From positions 50,677,770-50,741,604 of the forward strand of contig JASCQW010000099.1 in NCBI GenBank assembly GCA_030264375.1: a DNA stretch of 63,835 nt. The letters run 5' to 3'. Numbering within the stretch: the stretch's first letter is position 1; each line of letters starts with the position of its first letter. Of the stretch, positions 37,687-51,140 are shown in pieces. The position numbers and the translations under genes are program-made. Origin of the DNA: Carcharhinus longimanus (taxonomy: Eukaryota). The notes below the pieces were generated by a model. The model ran no database searches, was not told the DNA's origin, and saw only the letters and a program-made list of their open reading frames with translations.

Positions 37687-38962
37687 GACTGCTTCTTGAT
37701 TGATTCTCTGCATCATATGACCCCATTCTCTGCAAGCTAATCATTTCAAGAACAGAACCAGCTGTAAAATGCCCAATTCTTTCAATTGTTTCAATTCACT
37801 ATCCACTTTCTCTTGTGAGCTCAGTACTATGTTTTACCCTAAAGAACTGAGGTGTGATCCTGTAGATCTTCACTCGTAGGCCTTTTTACTTTGCCTAATT
37901 CATCCTTGAAGACACTCATTTTTTTTCATCAATTTGAGCAGCCCTCCTCATATTTGGAAAATCTCCAGACCAATTTAACTTGATTTCCTTAAGCCAACCA
38001 CAGTCAAGAATTCTTGGTTCATCACCTGTCACTATGATCACTGGGAATTGGGCAGACTGTTGCCATAGCTTACAGGTACCATTGCAGTGCTTACTATTTT
38101 TATCGCTTCTCCAGTATAATTTGTTAACTTGGCTGCGGTACTCTTCAAATCCAATGGCTGGACTTCTCAAGTATATGTATGCTCACCTATCACAGTAACT
38201 GATGCCTCCGTTTTGACTTGCATCTTAAGCGATTATCCATTTATTGAGAACATTACAGTAATAGAGGCTATCTTGCCCAATTTTATACTGAACAGTGAGT
38301 GAATATTTAAATAGATGGTGACTATTTAATCAGCCATTCAGTAGACTTGACTTGGCTCTACATCTATGTTGTAAGTGGCCTCTCCTATGACAAACAACAC
38401 TCAGCTTCCTTATACCTGCAGGATTCGGGGTAGTGGTTACCTCCGTATCGGCAACATTCTGCTTCAAACTTTTCTGATTGCCTGTTCTAAATCATCTTGT
38501 ATTTGTGGCTGAATTCATTTCCTGCCTCATGGCTACTACTTTGGTTCTGGCACAACTGCTGATTGCATGTTCTCACCCTAATTGGTGAACAGTGCCATTT
38601 TGTGCATTCTTCCTCTTGTGCGCCCTTTTCAGCACTTTCCATAGTCTGTACTATCTCCATTGCTCATTTAAAATTTATATCAACCACCAAGTAATCTCCA
38701 TTGAATCACCTCATTATTCACCCCACAGACAAATCTGTCCCATAACACATTCAACACAGCTTCAAGTTCACAATACTCCAATATCTATTTCAATTTAGTG
38801 ATATAAGTCGCAATTGTTTCACCTGGGACTCTCTCCTTGAATTAAACTTGAATCGCTGGAGTATAACTGGTTTAGGTTGGAAATATGATTTTGCCAATTC
38901 ACAGTCTATTCATTCAAACTCCTACAACGTTTTTTTAAGAGTTTTCCAGTTGAAATCATTGT

Positions 38963-39229
38963 GGGCAGCACAGTGGCTAGCAATGCTGTAAAAGGAACCC
39001 TGGCTTGGGTCACTGTGGAGTCTGCACATTCTCCCTGTGTCTGTTGGTTTCCTCTGGGTGCTTCAGTTTCCTCCCACAGTCTGAAAGACATGGTTAAGTG
39101 CATTGGCCATGCTAAATTCTCTTTCAATGTATCTAAACAGGTGCCAAAGTGTGGCGACGAGGGAGATTTTCACAGTAACTTCATTGCAGTGTTAATGTGA
39201 GCCTACTTGTAATACTAATAAATAAACTT
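38963..39229 (+). mobile_element. V-domain SINE with alternative tail
   Basis: gggcagcacagtggctagca...gtggagtctgcacattctccctgtgtctg...cagtaacttcattgcagtgttaatgtgagcctacttgtaatactaataaataaactt. Confidence 0.85.
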
Positions 39230-42200
39230 TGATTTTCTATTTTACAGCCATTATTGCTGTCAACCTTTCAACACAGAAAGGGATAGACAAAAGTTGCCAA
39301 GCTAACTGATTCAGTGCGCTCTCAATAAAATTGTCTATTCTTGTTTATAATGCAAGGTACATTTCAGTGCACGTTACATAGGTGGATAGTGGTTTGAATA
39401 AGCATTCCCACCCGCTAGCAAACATTTAATATTCTGACACTTGGATCCATACTGTGAAGCTCGCCAAGGGGTGAGGGTGATCGGGGTTGAGAAATGACTG
39501 CTCATCCATAAATCCAAGCCAACATTATACAATTAAAATAGAGAAAGGAGAAATACCGGGATCAAGGTTTCAAGGATTGGACATCAACCCGTTGACTGAA
39601 ATTTTCTTTTCCAACCCCTGGCATTGGCAGGATTTTACCAGTCCTGCCAATGAAAATTGAGACTTAAATGGCCTCCATGCCATTTCTAGCCCTCGGTACT
39701 GGAAAATTGCCATGGCAATTTTCGCTTTATATGATGAGACCCATGCTTGTTTTCAGTAGAGTTTTAGCTATTAGCCAAATGCCAGAGACAATGAGCTGGT
39801 AAGTTCTGTGCTCTCACCCACTTCCAGCTGAAAATGGGGATGAAAATCAGGGTTGGGCTCTTATTGCAGAGCAGGAAAGTAGTAGTTAAACTTCAGTTTT
39901 ATGAAGTTACCTAAATTGTTAGATGAAAATTACAACCTTGAAATTGCCCCCATACACAAATGTTTAAATGTGTGGATTTTATGTGTACATATGTAAAGTA
40001 TTTTACATAAAATAACTGGGATAATTGAATTTAATATTTTATGTTGGTACTGGCATTTTTAGGGATATTTAGTCTATTACCGGCTTCCGTTGAAAAATCA
40101 TGTTTGTGATCTCACTGCAAGCTTACCGAGTGATAATCAATATTTAGCAGGATGATGTAGCAGTTTGCATATACAGTATGACCACTCTTTCACCACAAAC
40201 TAGTAACTCTATTCTGAAAGTGCTTCCTTTGCATTTCTATGAATAAGTATAATACATACATCAAATATTCGCAACAGTTTGGATTGTAGCATTTACTAGA
40301 TTCTACCATCTCTCATTTGATCTGCTCGGATGTCAAGATGAAATGAAATTTCATTCATCCCCTGATGGCTGATCCACAAAGTCATGATGATATCCAAGTC
40401 CATAACCTACCTGTTCTAAGAAGGAGAAAGCAAGCGTGCCTTTAAAATTTTCAAAGGTTTTTCAGTATTGCATGTTCAGAAAGCATGGGAATGTATTTCA
40501 TGGGAACTCCTTTCATAAAAATGTTTTGCTTAAAAGTACCCCTCACCTAAATTAACTTCTGTTTATTGTAAACTCTTGAGGTTTGTGCCCATGACTGTTT
40601 AACCAGTTATAACGTTTTTTTTCTTGTTTATCTTAGACGCATTTTACAAGTGGCAGTATTCCTTTGTCTGTAATTTTAATATTTTATTTTTCCTTTCAAC
40701 TTATCTTTGCTATGTGCTGCTCACATAATATCATCCCAGTTCTGAAGATCAATTTTTGTTCTTTTCACAGAAATTGCCTGAACATGAACATCTCTAGCAT
40801 TTTCTGTTTGTCAGATTTCCAGCTTCTGCAGCTTTTTGTTGCTTTTTGTTCGCATGATTTCTAGATTTTACTCCTGTTTTACAATTCTAAAAACCTCCAA
40901 AGCTAGAATGTCACAGAAGAGTGAAGGAATACCTTATTCTTACCAAAATCAATCAGTTTTTAAAACATTGGCTGGAATATTACCACGTTCATGTCTGCAG
41001 GATTTCCCCATCCCACTGCAGTGAATGGAGATTTGGCTGGTCTGTAACCTCACTGCAGCGGGAGAGCGTGGTGTGAACGCCCAGTAAGATCGTGCCCAAT
41101 AGTCAGAATTCTGAATTCTTTTTGGAAAATATAATCCTGAAATGGTTAGAAAGACTAGAGTTTTCTCCATTTTTGTGCTCAGTTATACCTGTAATCTGGG
41201 TGTAAACCTTTCCCATGTGTGAATTATATCTTAACTATAACACAGCCAAGTCTCCTATGTCTATCTGACAGCCTATTATCCCAGTAGGTTGCCATCTCCA
41301 ATCCTTAAATATGAGCATTGCCCAAATGCACATGTTTTGGGTTGAGTGAAATCTCTCAGTAGACACATGGGAAAACAATTTTTCTGCTCCTAATTTTTGC
41401 AAATGTTATAAACATCCTTCCTTTTGAAAATATTGAGCAGAACCCAAAATGCTCTATTTTCTGCTTGTTTTAAAAACTATTTATTTTTATGGTGTAAGAA
41501 TGTCACATAAAATTAAAGCTTCCCTGATTGCATGTTCTTATGCATACTGTGACCTGAATGAACAATGTTTTACATGAGTTAAAATCTAAATTTTTAAGAT
41601 GTCTTTAGTCTAGTTTGATATAAATTCTTACTGATTTTATGCCCATTTCCATTTGGGCATATTCTAATGAGACTGGGAAGATTTTTGAATGCAACATTGG
41701 GTGCATTTTTGGGTTTAACTTCCAGATTACATCTAAGGAGAAAATTAGGTATCACAGTCACTAAACCTTCAGATTCAGCAACATTGAATGCATTGACAGT
41801 TGATGCTGGCATGAACAACTGCTGCCAGCAGAAAATAGAATAAAGTTCCACTTAAAATTAAAACTGTATATATTTTAAAAAGTGATTACAAGGCTGTAAT
41901 CTAATCTAGGGATTCAGATGCCTGTTATAAACCACTCAGGTTTTGTTCTCGCAGTTTATGATGCCATGTCAAGCCTTCGATCAAATTACTGCTTTGTAAT
42001 CATTGCCAGGTATCCATTATTATCCATAAAAAGAAGTGACTCTTATAGAGTTGTCTGGTTTGTGTAATTTATTCATGCAATATTCTTCAATTTTAAAAAG
42101 ATGTTAGAAAGGATTTTTGTTTTGAAACAAGGGAAGAGTAAGAAAAGCTAGGTTTTGGATATTGCCATTGTTGGTAGGCACAGAAGGACTCAATGGAAAT

Positions 42201-43949
42201 ACACAGTTTACACTTAATTTTCCAAGGTCAGCATAGTACAGGCATGGATGCAGCTTGTATACTAATGATTGAAGTAAGGAATTATGTAAGTAAAATTTAA
42301 AGGATTATGTCCATGAAAGGACAGGAAGAAAAGTTCTTAAACTTTTGAGAAGCTTGTAAAAGGCATTAAGATCCTTCAACAGCCTTCATCAAGACAGGAA
42401 ACTAAGAAGAATAAGCAAATGTGAAAGAAAATACAACCTGAGCACCTGACCCTTTATTTAGTGTCTGCTTTTAAAGCGTTTCAGTAAATGATTGCAAGAA
42501 GGGCTGCCCACTGTGTTACTCCATGGCATTGTTTCCATTTCAACACACCTACTTGTATTTAGCCCTGTGCTAATGGAAAGCACAGGTGTCCAAGTAGTGG
42601 ATGATACAATCCTGCGTCTGCCCTTCTTCCAACCCATAAGTTGCCAGGTGGATATATTGAGATCTACAGAAAGGTGGGCATCGTGGTGGATGTGGCAAGT
42701 CGGGCTTTATAGGCTCCTGGCATACCTCCTTCTATGCAGTGCTGCTGAAAGTATGACATGCTATGATTCGGGTGTGTTCAACGTTGCAATTTGTGCATTT
42801 ATCACATTGCTCAGTGTTATCACTATTTCTGCTGCCTGGTTTCTTTTGGAAAGAGGAACCTCCACCTGGACTTAACATCTACCAAAGTGAGATATTTTCA
42901 CTGTATCTACAGGCACAAGTACCCTGGAGCATGCACAGATCTCCTCTCTTTGCAGATTTTCCTCTTCCAAATGCATCAGATAGGAATTCCCATTGCCAGT
43001 AATGATGCTGATGAGAGGAGTTTAGTTATAATGCCTAAAATGAATGGGACCATTAATAGTTCCATGATTTCCAGTATATTTAATGCTGCAAAGCAAACCC
43101 AGATTGCATTTTAGATGCACGTTCTTTGCATCTGGCAACCTGCAACATCAGAATGGAGGTAAATGCTGTGCATCCACAAAATCCAAGGTAGTAATTGGCC
43201 GGTTTAATGTTTCCACTGGCTGGTGTACTGCCTGTCAGAAATTGTGCGACTACAAGATTGACATGTTTGAGAGACTGGGACTGTAACCCACCCAATTTCT
43301 GCTGCAACAATTGCAATTTGCAATTGCAAGTTCAGCCTATAAATTCTATTTATTCAAACTCTTCCCTCCCATGCAATATCAGCCTATTGTAATTTGAACA
43401 ACTGAAAAATATTTTGTTTCCACTAAGCTACAAGGCAGGTAGTTCCAAAGATTTACTTCTATGAACTAGTTCCTCTTGATATATATTTATAAAAATTTAA
43501 ATTTATTTAAGAGGAAAATGCAGTTCAGTGTTTAACTCCCACTTCCTTATTCTATCTGAAAGTAAGTAACAAATGTATCTTATCAGCCATATGATCATTT
43601 TGGATCTTTAACTCTGTGCATCAGTCATTTTAGAACTTTGTTACATATGTGTCTTAGAGCTGTTTCATTCACTGCGATGGTAATAATCATGCATATTGTA
43701 TTTCACCACACAAAGGTGGGCAGTTACATTTGATTCCAATACCTATTCAATGTGCTGCTCACCACTCGCACCCCTTCCCACCCCTTACCCAACCACACTA
43801 AAGGCAATATAAAGAGCCAGTCTGGAGCTCGGCACTTGCGTGTAAAAGGTGAGGCTAAAACCTTCTTACCTACAGCCAGAAGTACCAAGTGGCTGATGCA
43901 CCTTGGCTTCTTCATTAGGTCCCCACCATCGCAGGAGTAAATCTCCAGC

Positions 43950-44185
43950 CATGCAGCAACACCACTTGTAAGTTCCCTTCTCAAGACACTCGCCCTCCTG
44001 ACTTGGAAATGTTGCTGTTCCTTCACTGGGTCAAAATCCTAGAACTTGCTCCCCAATAGCACTGTGGGTGTACCTACACCACAGGGACTGCAGTGGTTCA
44101 AGAAGACAGCTTACCACAACCTTCACAAGGGTGATTAGGGATGGCCAGTAGATGATGAACTAGCCAGCAGTGCCTCACCACATAT
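43950..44185 (+). mobile_element. LINE 3' end (same family as 15372)
   Basis: ctgacttggaaat...gggtcaaaatcctagaacttgctccccaatagcactgtgggtgtacctacacc...gcagtggttcaagaagacagc, the reverse complement of the 15380-15560 type sequence. Confidence 0.75.
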
Positions 44186-44287
44186 TTTAAAAAAAAGCAC
44201 TTTACTCATTGATGCTCAATGTAGGTTCTTCCAGGACCACTCGACTTCAGGACTTATTAGAGCCTTGGTGCAGATACAGAATTAGAC

Positions 44288-44995
44288 AACAGAAATATAG
44301 AATGGTTACTGCACAGAAGGAGGCCTTTTGGCTATCATGTCTGTGCAGGCCTTCTGAAAGAGTAAAAGATCTAAAGCTGCTTCCCTGCTTTTTCCTTGTA
44401 GCCCTAAAGTTTTTTTTCCCCCTTTTCTGATAAATTCCCTTTTGAAAGAATTATCCCAATTTCTCCAACCAATCCACATAAATGAAATTCTTCATCCCTG
44501 CAACCATTCTGTAGAATTTTTTTCTACATCCTCTCTGATGCCTTTACATCATTCCCACAGTGTGATGCTCAACTTGATGCAGCACTCCAGTTGGGCCCAA
44601 CCAGTGTTTTTATACAAGTTTATCATGACTTACTTGCCTTTGTACTCTATGCCTCTTAATAAAGGCCAGGATGATCTATATTTTTAACTGCTCTCTCAAC
44701 TTATCTTGCCACCTTCAATATATACACGTATTTATAGGTTCCTCTACTCCTGAACCTCCTTTAGAATTGTACCCTTTATTTTATATTGTCTCTATGTTCC
44801 TGTTATCAAGATGAATCACTTCAGACTTTCTGCATTAAGTTTCATCTTCCAAATGTGCACCCATTTCACCAATCTGATTATGTCCTTTTTAAAGTTCGAT
44901 ACAATCCTCATCATGATTTGCCACACTTCCAAATTTTGTATCATCTGCATGTTTTGAAATTGTGCTCTTTATATCAGGAGCTATGTCACAATATC
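44288..44995 (-). mobile_element. Decayed CR1 LINE 3' fragment
   Basis: Tail gcacagaaggaggccttttggctatcatgtctgtgc; internal ccagtgttttatacaagttt; gtatcatctgcatgttttg (reverse-strand ADDT). Confidence 0.75.
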
Positions 44996-45029
44996 AGGAA
45001 GGACAAAACGGCTGAATTTCAGAGGCGAT

Positions 45030-46395
45030 GAGAGTGTGACTGCGCTTGACATCGAAGCAGCAATTGACTAAATGTAGCAAAATTGAAGTCTGAGAATCAG
45101 CTCTCCATTGGCTGGAGCCATACTTCACATATAGGAGGATGGTTGTGGAAACCAATTATCTCAGTCCCAGAATCTCGCTGCAGGAGTTCCTCATGGCAAT
45201 GTTCTAATAGCTTTATCAATAACGATCCCTCAAGAACTGAAAATATTTGTTGATAGTTATGCAGTTTTCAGCTCCATTCGTATTGCCTCAGATAATGAAA
45301 GCAGTCTGTGCCTTCATGCCGCAAGTAAAGCTTGGACTAGTGAGTGTCCAGTAGCATTCATGTCACAACTGCCAGGCACTGACCATCTCCATCAAGGAAA
45401 AATCTTCATACCTCCCTGGACATTCAATGGACAGGCCTTTTATAATCAAAATCCTGGGAATTGCCAATTTATTCATTCGTAGGTTATGGGCATCGCTGGC
45501 TGGCCAGCATTTATTGCCCATCCTTTGAACAGAGTGGCTTGCTAGGCCATTTTAGAGGGCAGTTGAGTCAACCATATTGCTGTGGCTTTGATGTCACATG
45601 TAGGCCAGACCAGGTAAGGACAGCAGATTTCCTCCCCTAAAGGATATTAGTGAATCAGATGGGATTTTCTGATAGTCGACAATGGTTTCACAGTCAATTC
45701 CAGATATTTTTTACTAAATTCACATTCCACAACCTGCCGTGGTGGATTCAAACCCAGGTCTCCAGAACATTAGTTCAGTTTCTGGATTAATAGTCTAGTG
45801 ATAATGCCACAAGGCCATCGCCTCCCCCTAATCCTTAACCAGATAGCCAGAGTGGCGACACAGACAGGCCAGAAAGTGGGTATTTTATGGCAAGTGACTC
45901 ATTTCATTAGTCCATAAAGCCTTTCCACCATCTATAAGCCACAAGCCAAGAAAGCGATGGAATACTCTCCACTTACTAGAAACTCAACGCAACCCAAGAT
46001 AAAGCAGCCCACTTGATTGGCACTTCAACCAACATGCAAAATGTTTATTCCCTCCTAAACTGCCCATTGTAAATGCAGAGTGTACCATCTACAAAATGAC
46101 AATACCTCCAAACCTGCAGTTTCCACTACCCAGGAAGCTCAAGAACAGCAGGTGTGTGGGAATAATAGAATGTGCAAGTCACCCTCCAGGTCACATACCA
46201 TGCTGACTTGGAACCATATTGATGGTCTTTCATTTCTTTTGGATCAAAACAGTGAAACTCCCTCCCTAACAGCACTGAGTATCCCTTCGTGTAACAAACT
46301 GTAGTGGTTCAAGAAGCGAGCTCTTTGAGGCAGTTAGGAATGGACATTAAATGCTTGTTTTGCCAGCAATGCATACATCTAAGAATGAATAACAA
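45030..46395 (+). mobile_element. LINE RT 3' fragment hosting a SINE at 45470-45828
   Basis: gcgcttgacatcgaagcagcaattgac (ALDI-AA-D) and gcaggagttcctcatggcaatgttcta (AGVP-G-VL); 3' end tgctgacttggaacc...gtggttcaagaagcgagctc...gccagcaatgc. Confidence 0.75.
45470..45828 (-). mobile_element. tRNA-derived SINE whose tail matches the 3' end of the 15372/59720 LINE family
   Basis: Reverse-strand head ggggaggcgatggccttgtggcattatcactagactattaatccaga...gacctgggtttgaatccaccacggcag. The + strand tail gggcatcgctggctggccagcatttattgcccatcc matches the LINE tail. Confidence 0.8.
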
Positions 46396-46969
46396 AAAAA
46401 AATTCTCCTTAAATGAAGGAATCTTTGTAAGCAAAGGAAATTCGAGTGCATGCAAGGAGTTAAATGTCACAGAAGTCAGGATCCTGGCATCATCCAGGTT
46501 TCAGTCAGGTGGATTTGAAGTTGAACAAGGAAGGCAGTTAAATATTCAAATCTGTAACTGAGTGCTGTTTTAACCAAGCCTCCTGGCTTTAATATTCAGC
46601 TCATTTATTTACGAGTTGTCAGCAACTTGCCAGGATCAACCATGCAGATGTAAAATGGGGCGTACTACTTTTGGTGAAACTCAGCTGGGAAGCCTTCGAA
46701 CAGTGAAAATCTGAAGAGCTGCAGCCATGTCCAGGTGAAAAATGGTTGCTCATGCTTACCTTCTCGGAGTACTTTCACAGCTTCATAGGTGATTGCCAAT
46801 TTCTTGGAAGACCTTTTTGGTTGTCTTGCACTTTACTCAATTTCAGCTGCACTATCCTGCTGCTAATCTGCATCATCGTTTATTTGGCTCTATCTTGCAT
46901 CTCTTATGTCAGTAGCAGCACCAGCTGTCTTTGCCTCAGCTACATGTCTTTCCACAGGGCAGAGGGGAT

Positions 46970-47240
46970 GGAAATAGAGAACAGGCTCCTACGAGGCAAG
47001 ACCCCAACATAGGATCTACCAGCAAAGGATCAACTGTATCAAAGTGTCTGAACCTCAGTGTCTCAGGCAGTTCAGGCTTCCACAGCATGTCATTGATGAT
47101 ATTTACACCTCCTGGAATAAGACCATCTTTCCAGTGGGCCTGGTTGAGTGTCCATCAAGGTGCCTGTTACTTGCTGCCATCTGTATAAGATCATTCACTG
47201 CATTCCTCCATATCTCTTAGCTGAACTCCAGCTAAGAGAC
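46970..47240 (+). pseudogene. Fossil PIF/Harbinger transposase N-terminus
   Basis: Manual translation around 47000-47105 gives PQHRIYQQRINCIKVSEPQCLRQFRLPQHVIDDIY, resembling the Harbinger/HARBI1 N-terminal pattern HRVYR-R----MSE-QC-RRLRL. Confidence 0.6.
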
Positions 47241-48864
47241 CCAGGGAGCAGCCTTCCCAAATCTGATCTCCATTCCTGCCTTTGCTGCAGGTGAGCCATT
47301 CTAGCTCTGGCTGTGGTCCTTTTAATTATGAATTCTTGCTCTCTCAGATCTGGCTAATGCCCCAGCTCTGGTAAAGAGCCAAGGCAAAGCCCATTGATGA
47401 TTCTGGCGCATTTCTGATCTGCCGGTTTTCCGGTGCTGGCAGCAATGGTTGAAAAATCAGGCCACTTTGTGCCTGGTGGAGCAGAGGAGAGCAAATGGCC
47501 CAGTATGATGTGAATGTTTTTAGGACCATTCACAACTCCATTTGCTAATTCAGATATTGGACCATGGAGTTCTTCAAATAGAAAAGACACTCTAGCCTTT
47601 TCTTCACCTTGTGTCTTGGGTGCACTTTATTTCAGACAAAATGCAGCTTTATAATTGAATGAGTGAACTGCTGCTTGCAATGGGTTATGCTGGATTGCTA
47701 CCGTTCATCAATGAAATATGTGGGAAATCGGAAATATAAATGACTTATTTATTCTTGCTCATATGTTTGCTTGTTATTAAACAGGAGATGTTTGGTCAGT
47801 CTTCTGTTTGAAAAGCCTTTAAAGTTTAGGATAATTGACACTTTTATTGTGCTGCAGTAAAAAATAGTTTTTTAGAAACTAAGTGGAAAGATATCAATTA
47901 AAAACTTTTTTAAAGCTTTTCTTGTCACAATAGGATTCATACATTTGCAGTGCATAGTGCATGAATAGTCACCAAAGCCATAGCTTGGTATGATGACATA
48001 AGGGTTCCATATATTACCATATGTCTGTGGGGCATACCTTAGCATGGGGATCAATAGGAGCCATAGTGTATAGGCGTTGGGTGTAGCTTGGCAAGAGGAG
48101 GCATAGGGAATGTGTGGGGGATATATCTTGGCATAGAGTGTATGAGAGGCCATGGGTGGGTGGATAGAGGACATGGTGTGACATAGATGGTGGTATGGGA
48201 GTGTGAGAGGACTGGAAAACATTTCTGTTTTTATTATAAATGGGACAAGTTCCACAGCACCAGAGCAGGCCTTTTGAACAACCTGCCTCAGCATCCGAAC
48301 TTGTTTGCAGGTCGACTGCCTGTCTGCACACCCACTTGCCCCTGTCCTAGAGAATGAAATTCCCTTCTTTGCAAGAACTTTCTTCTGAGGTAGCTAGGCA
48401 AAGCTGGGAATATTCCCTTCCCCTGCTACCTGGCCCTGAAAATCCAGTGACTTGAGATGCTTAGTGGCCCTGCATTGACAGTAATTTGCTTTGTGGTGCT
48501 TGTGGCCTTAAGGAACAACTGCTTCCAAATGTTATGAATCAACAGCCTCCCTGACGTCCATTGGCAACGTTTCAACTGTGTGCCACTTTGCCATGTATTA
48601 CTGTAGCAATGCAGCTCTATCACCAGGTACCAGAGAAAAACAGTAGTGAATTAATCTCATTTAGCTTGCAAAACCATCTTGTACATCATGATCTTCTCCA
48701 TATTATTTTGACATCTTTTAATATTAAGTACTTCCCTAATTGGCGAAGCAGCATTGATGTCTGGTTGCAGAGGGTAAAAAAGACATGTACATGTGACCAA
48801 CCCTAATACAATCACAGGGGCCAGCAATCTCTGGAGCTGTAGTTGTTCTTGGAATGGTTTTAAG

Positions 48865-48995
48865 AAAGTTTATGTATTATTCACAAGTAGGCTTACATTA
48901 ACACTGTAATGAAGTTACAGTGAAAATCCCCTAGATGCCACATTTCAGCGCCTGTTTAGGTACACAGAGAGAATTTAGTATGGCCAATGCATGCA
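48865..48995 (-). mobile_element. Tail fragment of the alternative-tail V-SINE
   Basis: cacaagtaggcttacattaacactgtaatgaagttacagtgaaaatcccctag...gaatttagtatggccaatgca. Confidence 0.75.
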
Positions 48996-50009
48996 CTCTG
49001 TATTTCTTCAGCAAGTTCGTTCCTTCCACATTACCTGACCCTAGTTATGATTTGCTTTACCACATGTCTTCAATTGGAAATTTGGCCACACAAATTTCTC
49101 TTACCACTGAGGAAATTCTCTTGTGCATTGAGCTGTGGTCTTTGTGACATAACTTCACTGCTGATGTTTCCAGGTGCTCAGTGGAGACGCAACAAAAACT
49201 TGCTTCCTGGTGTCTAATGCTGGTGGTATGTAACTAGGCACTGGGTTCTTTTGGACTGTCCAGCCATCTTGTGATGTAGTCTGTAAGGGACAATTGTATT
49301 TTTTTGCCTCTTTAATAGCTGACCCATTAATACCTCAAAAATATTGCAAGTGGAAAATAGCATATTGAGCTTTATTGTTGCTGCTACCCCTACCACCACT
49401 ATACCTTTCTTTACTAATAGTTAGTGCCTCAGTTTTTATGTTTCCTAATCCATATGCACTGTGTATATACCTGCTGGTTCCCTTCTGTAGATACTTTGCC
49501 ATTTTGATGTTGAGTGGTTTTCCAGCCTCTTGTCAAATGAATCCACCATTCTCCAGATATGAGAACCCATCTCCGATATTTGCTACCCACTGCTGTCCTA
49601 GTCTGAGAATTTTGTGCACAAGCCTAAGAGTAGCAAGATTTGACATAAACAATTCCTTCTTGCAATTCATAACCTCTCCTCCATCCAGACATATGAAGTA
49701 CAATGTTTCATCACTTCTGACGTCTTACTTGGTGCAACCTCATTAACATTTCTTCTGTATGTTTGTAACATTCTGTGTGGACGTATCTTTACATAAACCT
49801 TCCCTTGTGCATCTATTTGTCCTGCTCCAACATGACAATAATGTTGATCTGTGTGCTGCTCTATAAACACCTTTTCCAAATCTCCAGCCAGAAAGAGGAA
49901 GCAGTGACATGCTACTGTATTGATCACTTTCCTGAATATTATATGAAAGCAGGATAAATTCCATCCTCCACCTAAGGTGATTCTACATCTCTACATTCAC
50001 CTAACATCT

Positions 50010-51140
50010 AGGCCCAGATATTCACTCCCAAGGTGGGTGCAGGGTTGGGAAAATTCCTAAAAAACAACCCTAAATTGCTGGATTTTAATTCCAGTGGTCC
50101 AATGTGTGCTGGAGTTGGGCTCATTGCTCTCCAGAAGCAGTCTGGAAGTAGGAACAGGGGCAGCTGAGTGTTGTGGTGAATTGCTTAAAATGCCACCTTA
50201 GTGTTGTGGAACTTGGTCCCTATTATTTAAAAATGTGGTAAGGCCCTCCAGACCTCTCACCCCCCTCACCCACTCTCCATGACATCACTATGTCCACACA
50301 TGCCCACCGTGACAACTCATGCCTCCACCAAGATCACTCATACTCTCCATGCCAGCCTATGCCCCTCTACTGACCCCATGCTAATTCATGCCAATCCAGG
50401 ACCCCACCCTTTGCACTTAGTTTCCATATCAATCCACCCAGTATCCAATGTGAAGTGACCTCGGAGGCCGTGCTGAGATAAAATAAAGTTCTAAGCATTG
50501 ATTACAGACTTTATAGAAAATAAATTCCAATTCATTATATTTAAATCCCTCCCAGTACTTAATTCCTTATAAAAGCAATCATTGTATTCATAGCTCCACA
50601 TCAAAGACAGCTAATCCTTTAGTAACCTCCTGGAGCTGTCAGTCAAACGGTGATCTTGGAAGGCCCCACCGTGATAGGTTGTGGAAGCAATCAAGCAGTA
50701 ATAATACTATAGTTAATGCTTTCAGGCTGTTAACAAACAGCTGTCGAAATTGAAAATGTCATCTTTTATAAAAACTCTTGAGATAAAGCAAGCTGTTTCT
50801 CTTCAAAATTTAAAGAGCAGGGAATTTAAATAACTTGACAGTTTGGTAGTTCCACAGACCTTAGCCCACTTTTATGCACATTCACATCTGCTCTTAAAAA
50901 TCATAAATCTCTCTCTCTGCAGAAAACTGACCTCACTCCAGCAAGAAATTAGCTCTATCTGAACTCAGCGCCAAGTTCAAATGACCCTGTTGAGTTTGGG
51001 GTTCCTATAAGTGTCAATTGCATCTCGTCCCCTTTCCCACCTCTTCAGCAAAAATAGATCTGCTAGAAATGAGGTGATACTTCCAAATCTAGGGACTCAG
51101 TGCCATATTGGTTGAGGTTAAGTCTACATGAAAATTTGGC
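50010..51140 (+). repeat. Dispersed ~1.1-kb non-autonomous element with possible terminal inverted repeats
   Basis: Starts taggcccagatattcac and ends near tgaaaatttggctcta (degenerate inverted pair). Internal blocks are shared with 34051-34900. Confidence 0.55.

Noticed and set aside
42880-42960. KYPGACTD as a Harbinger YPGS-HD motif
   Set aside because: A single short resemblance with no collinear flanking motifs that I could find.
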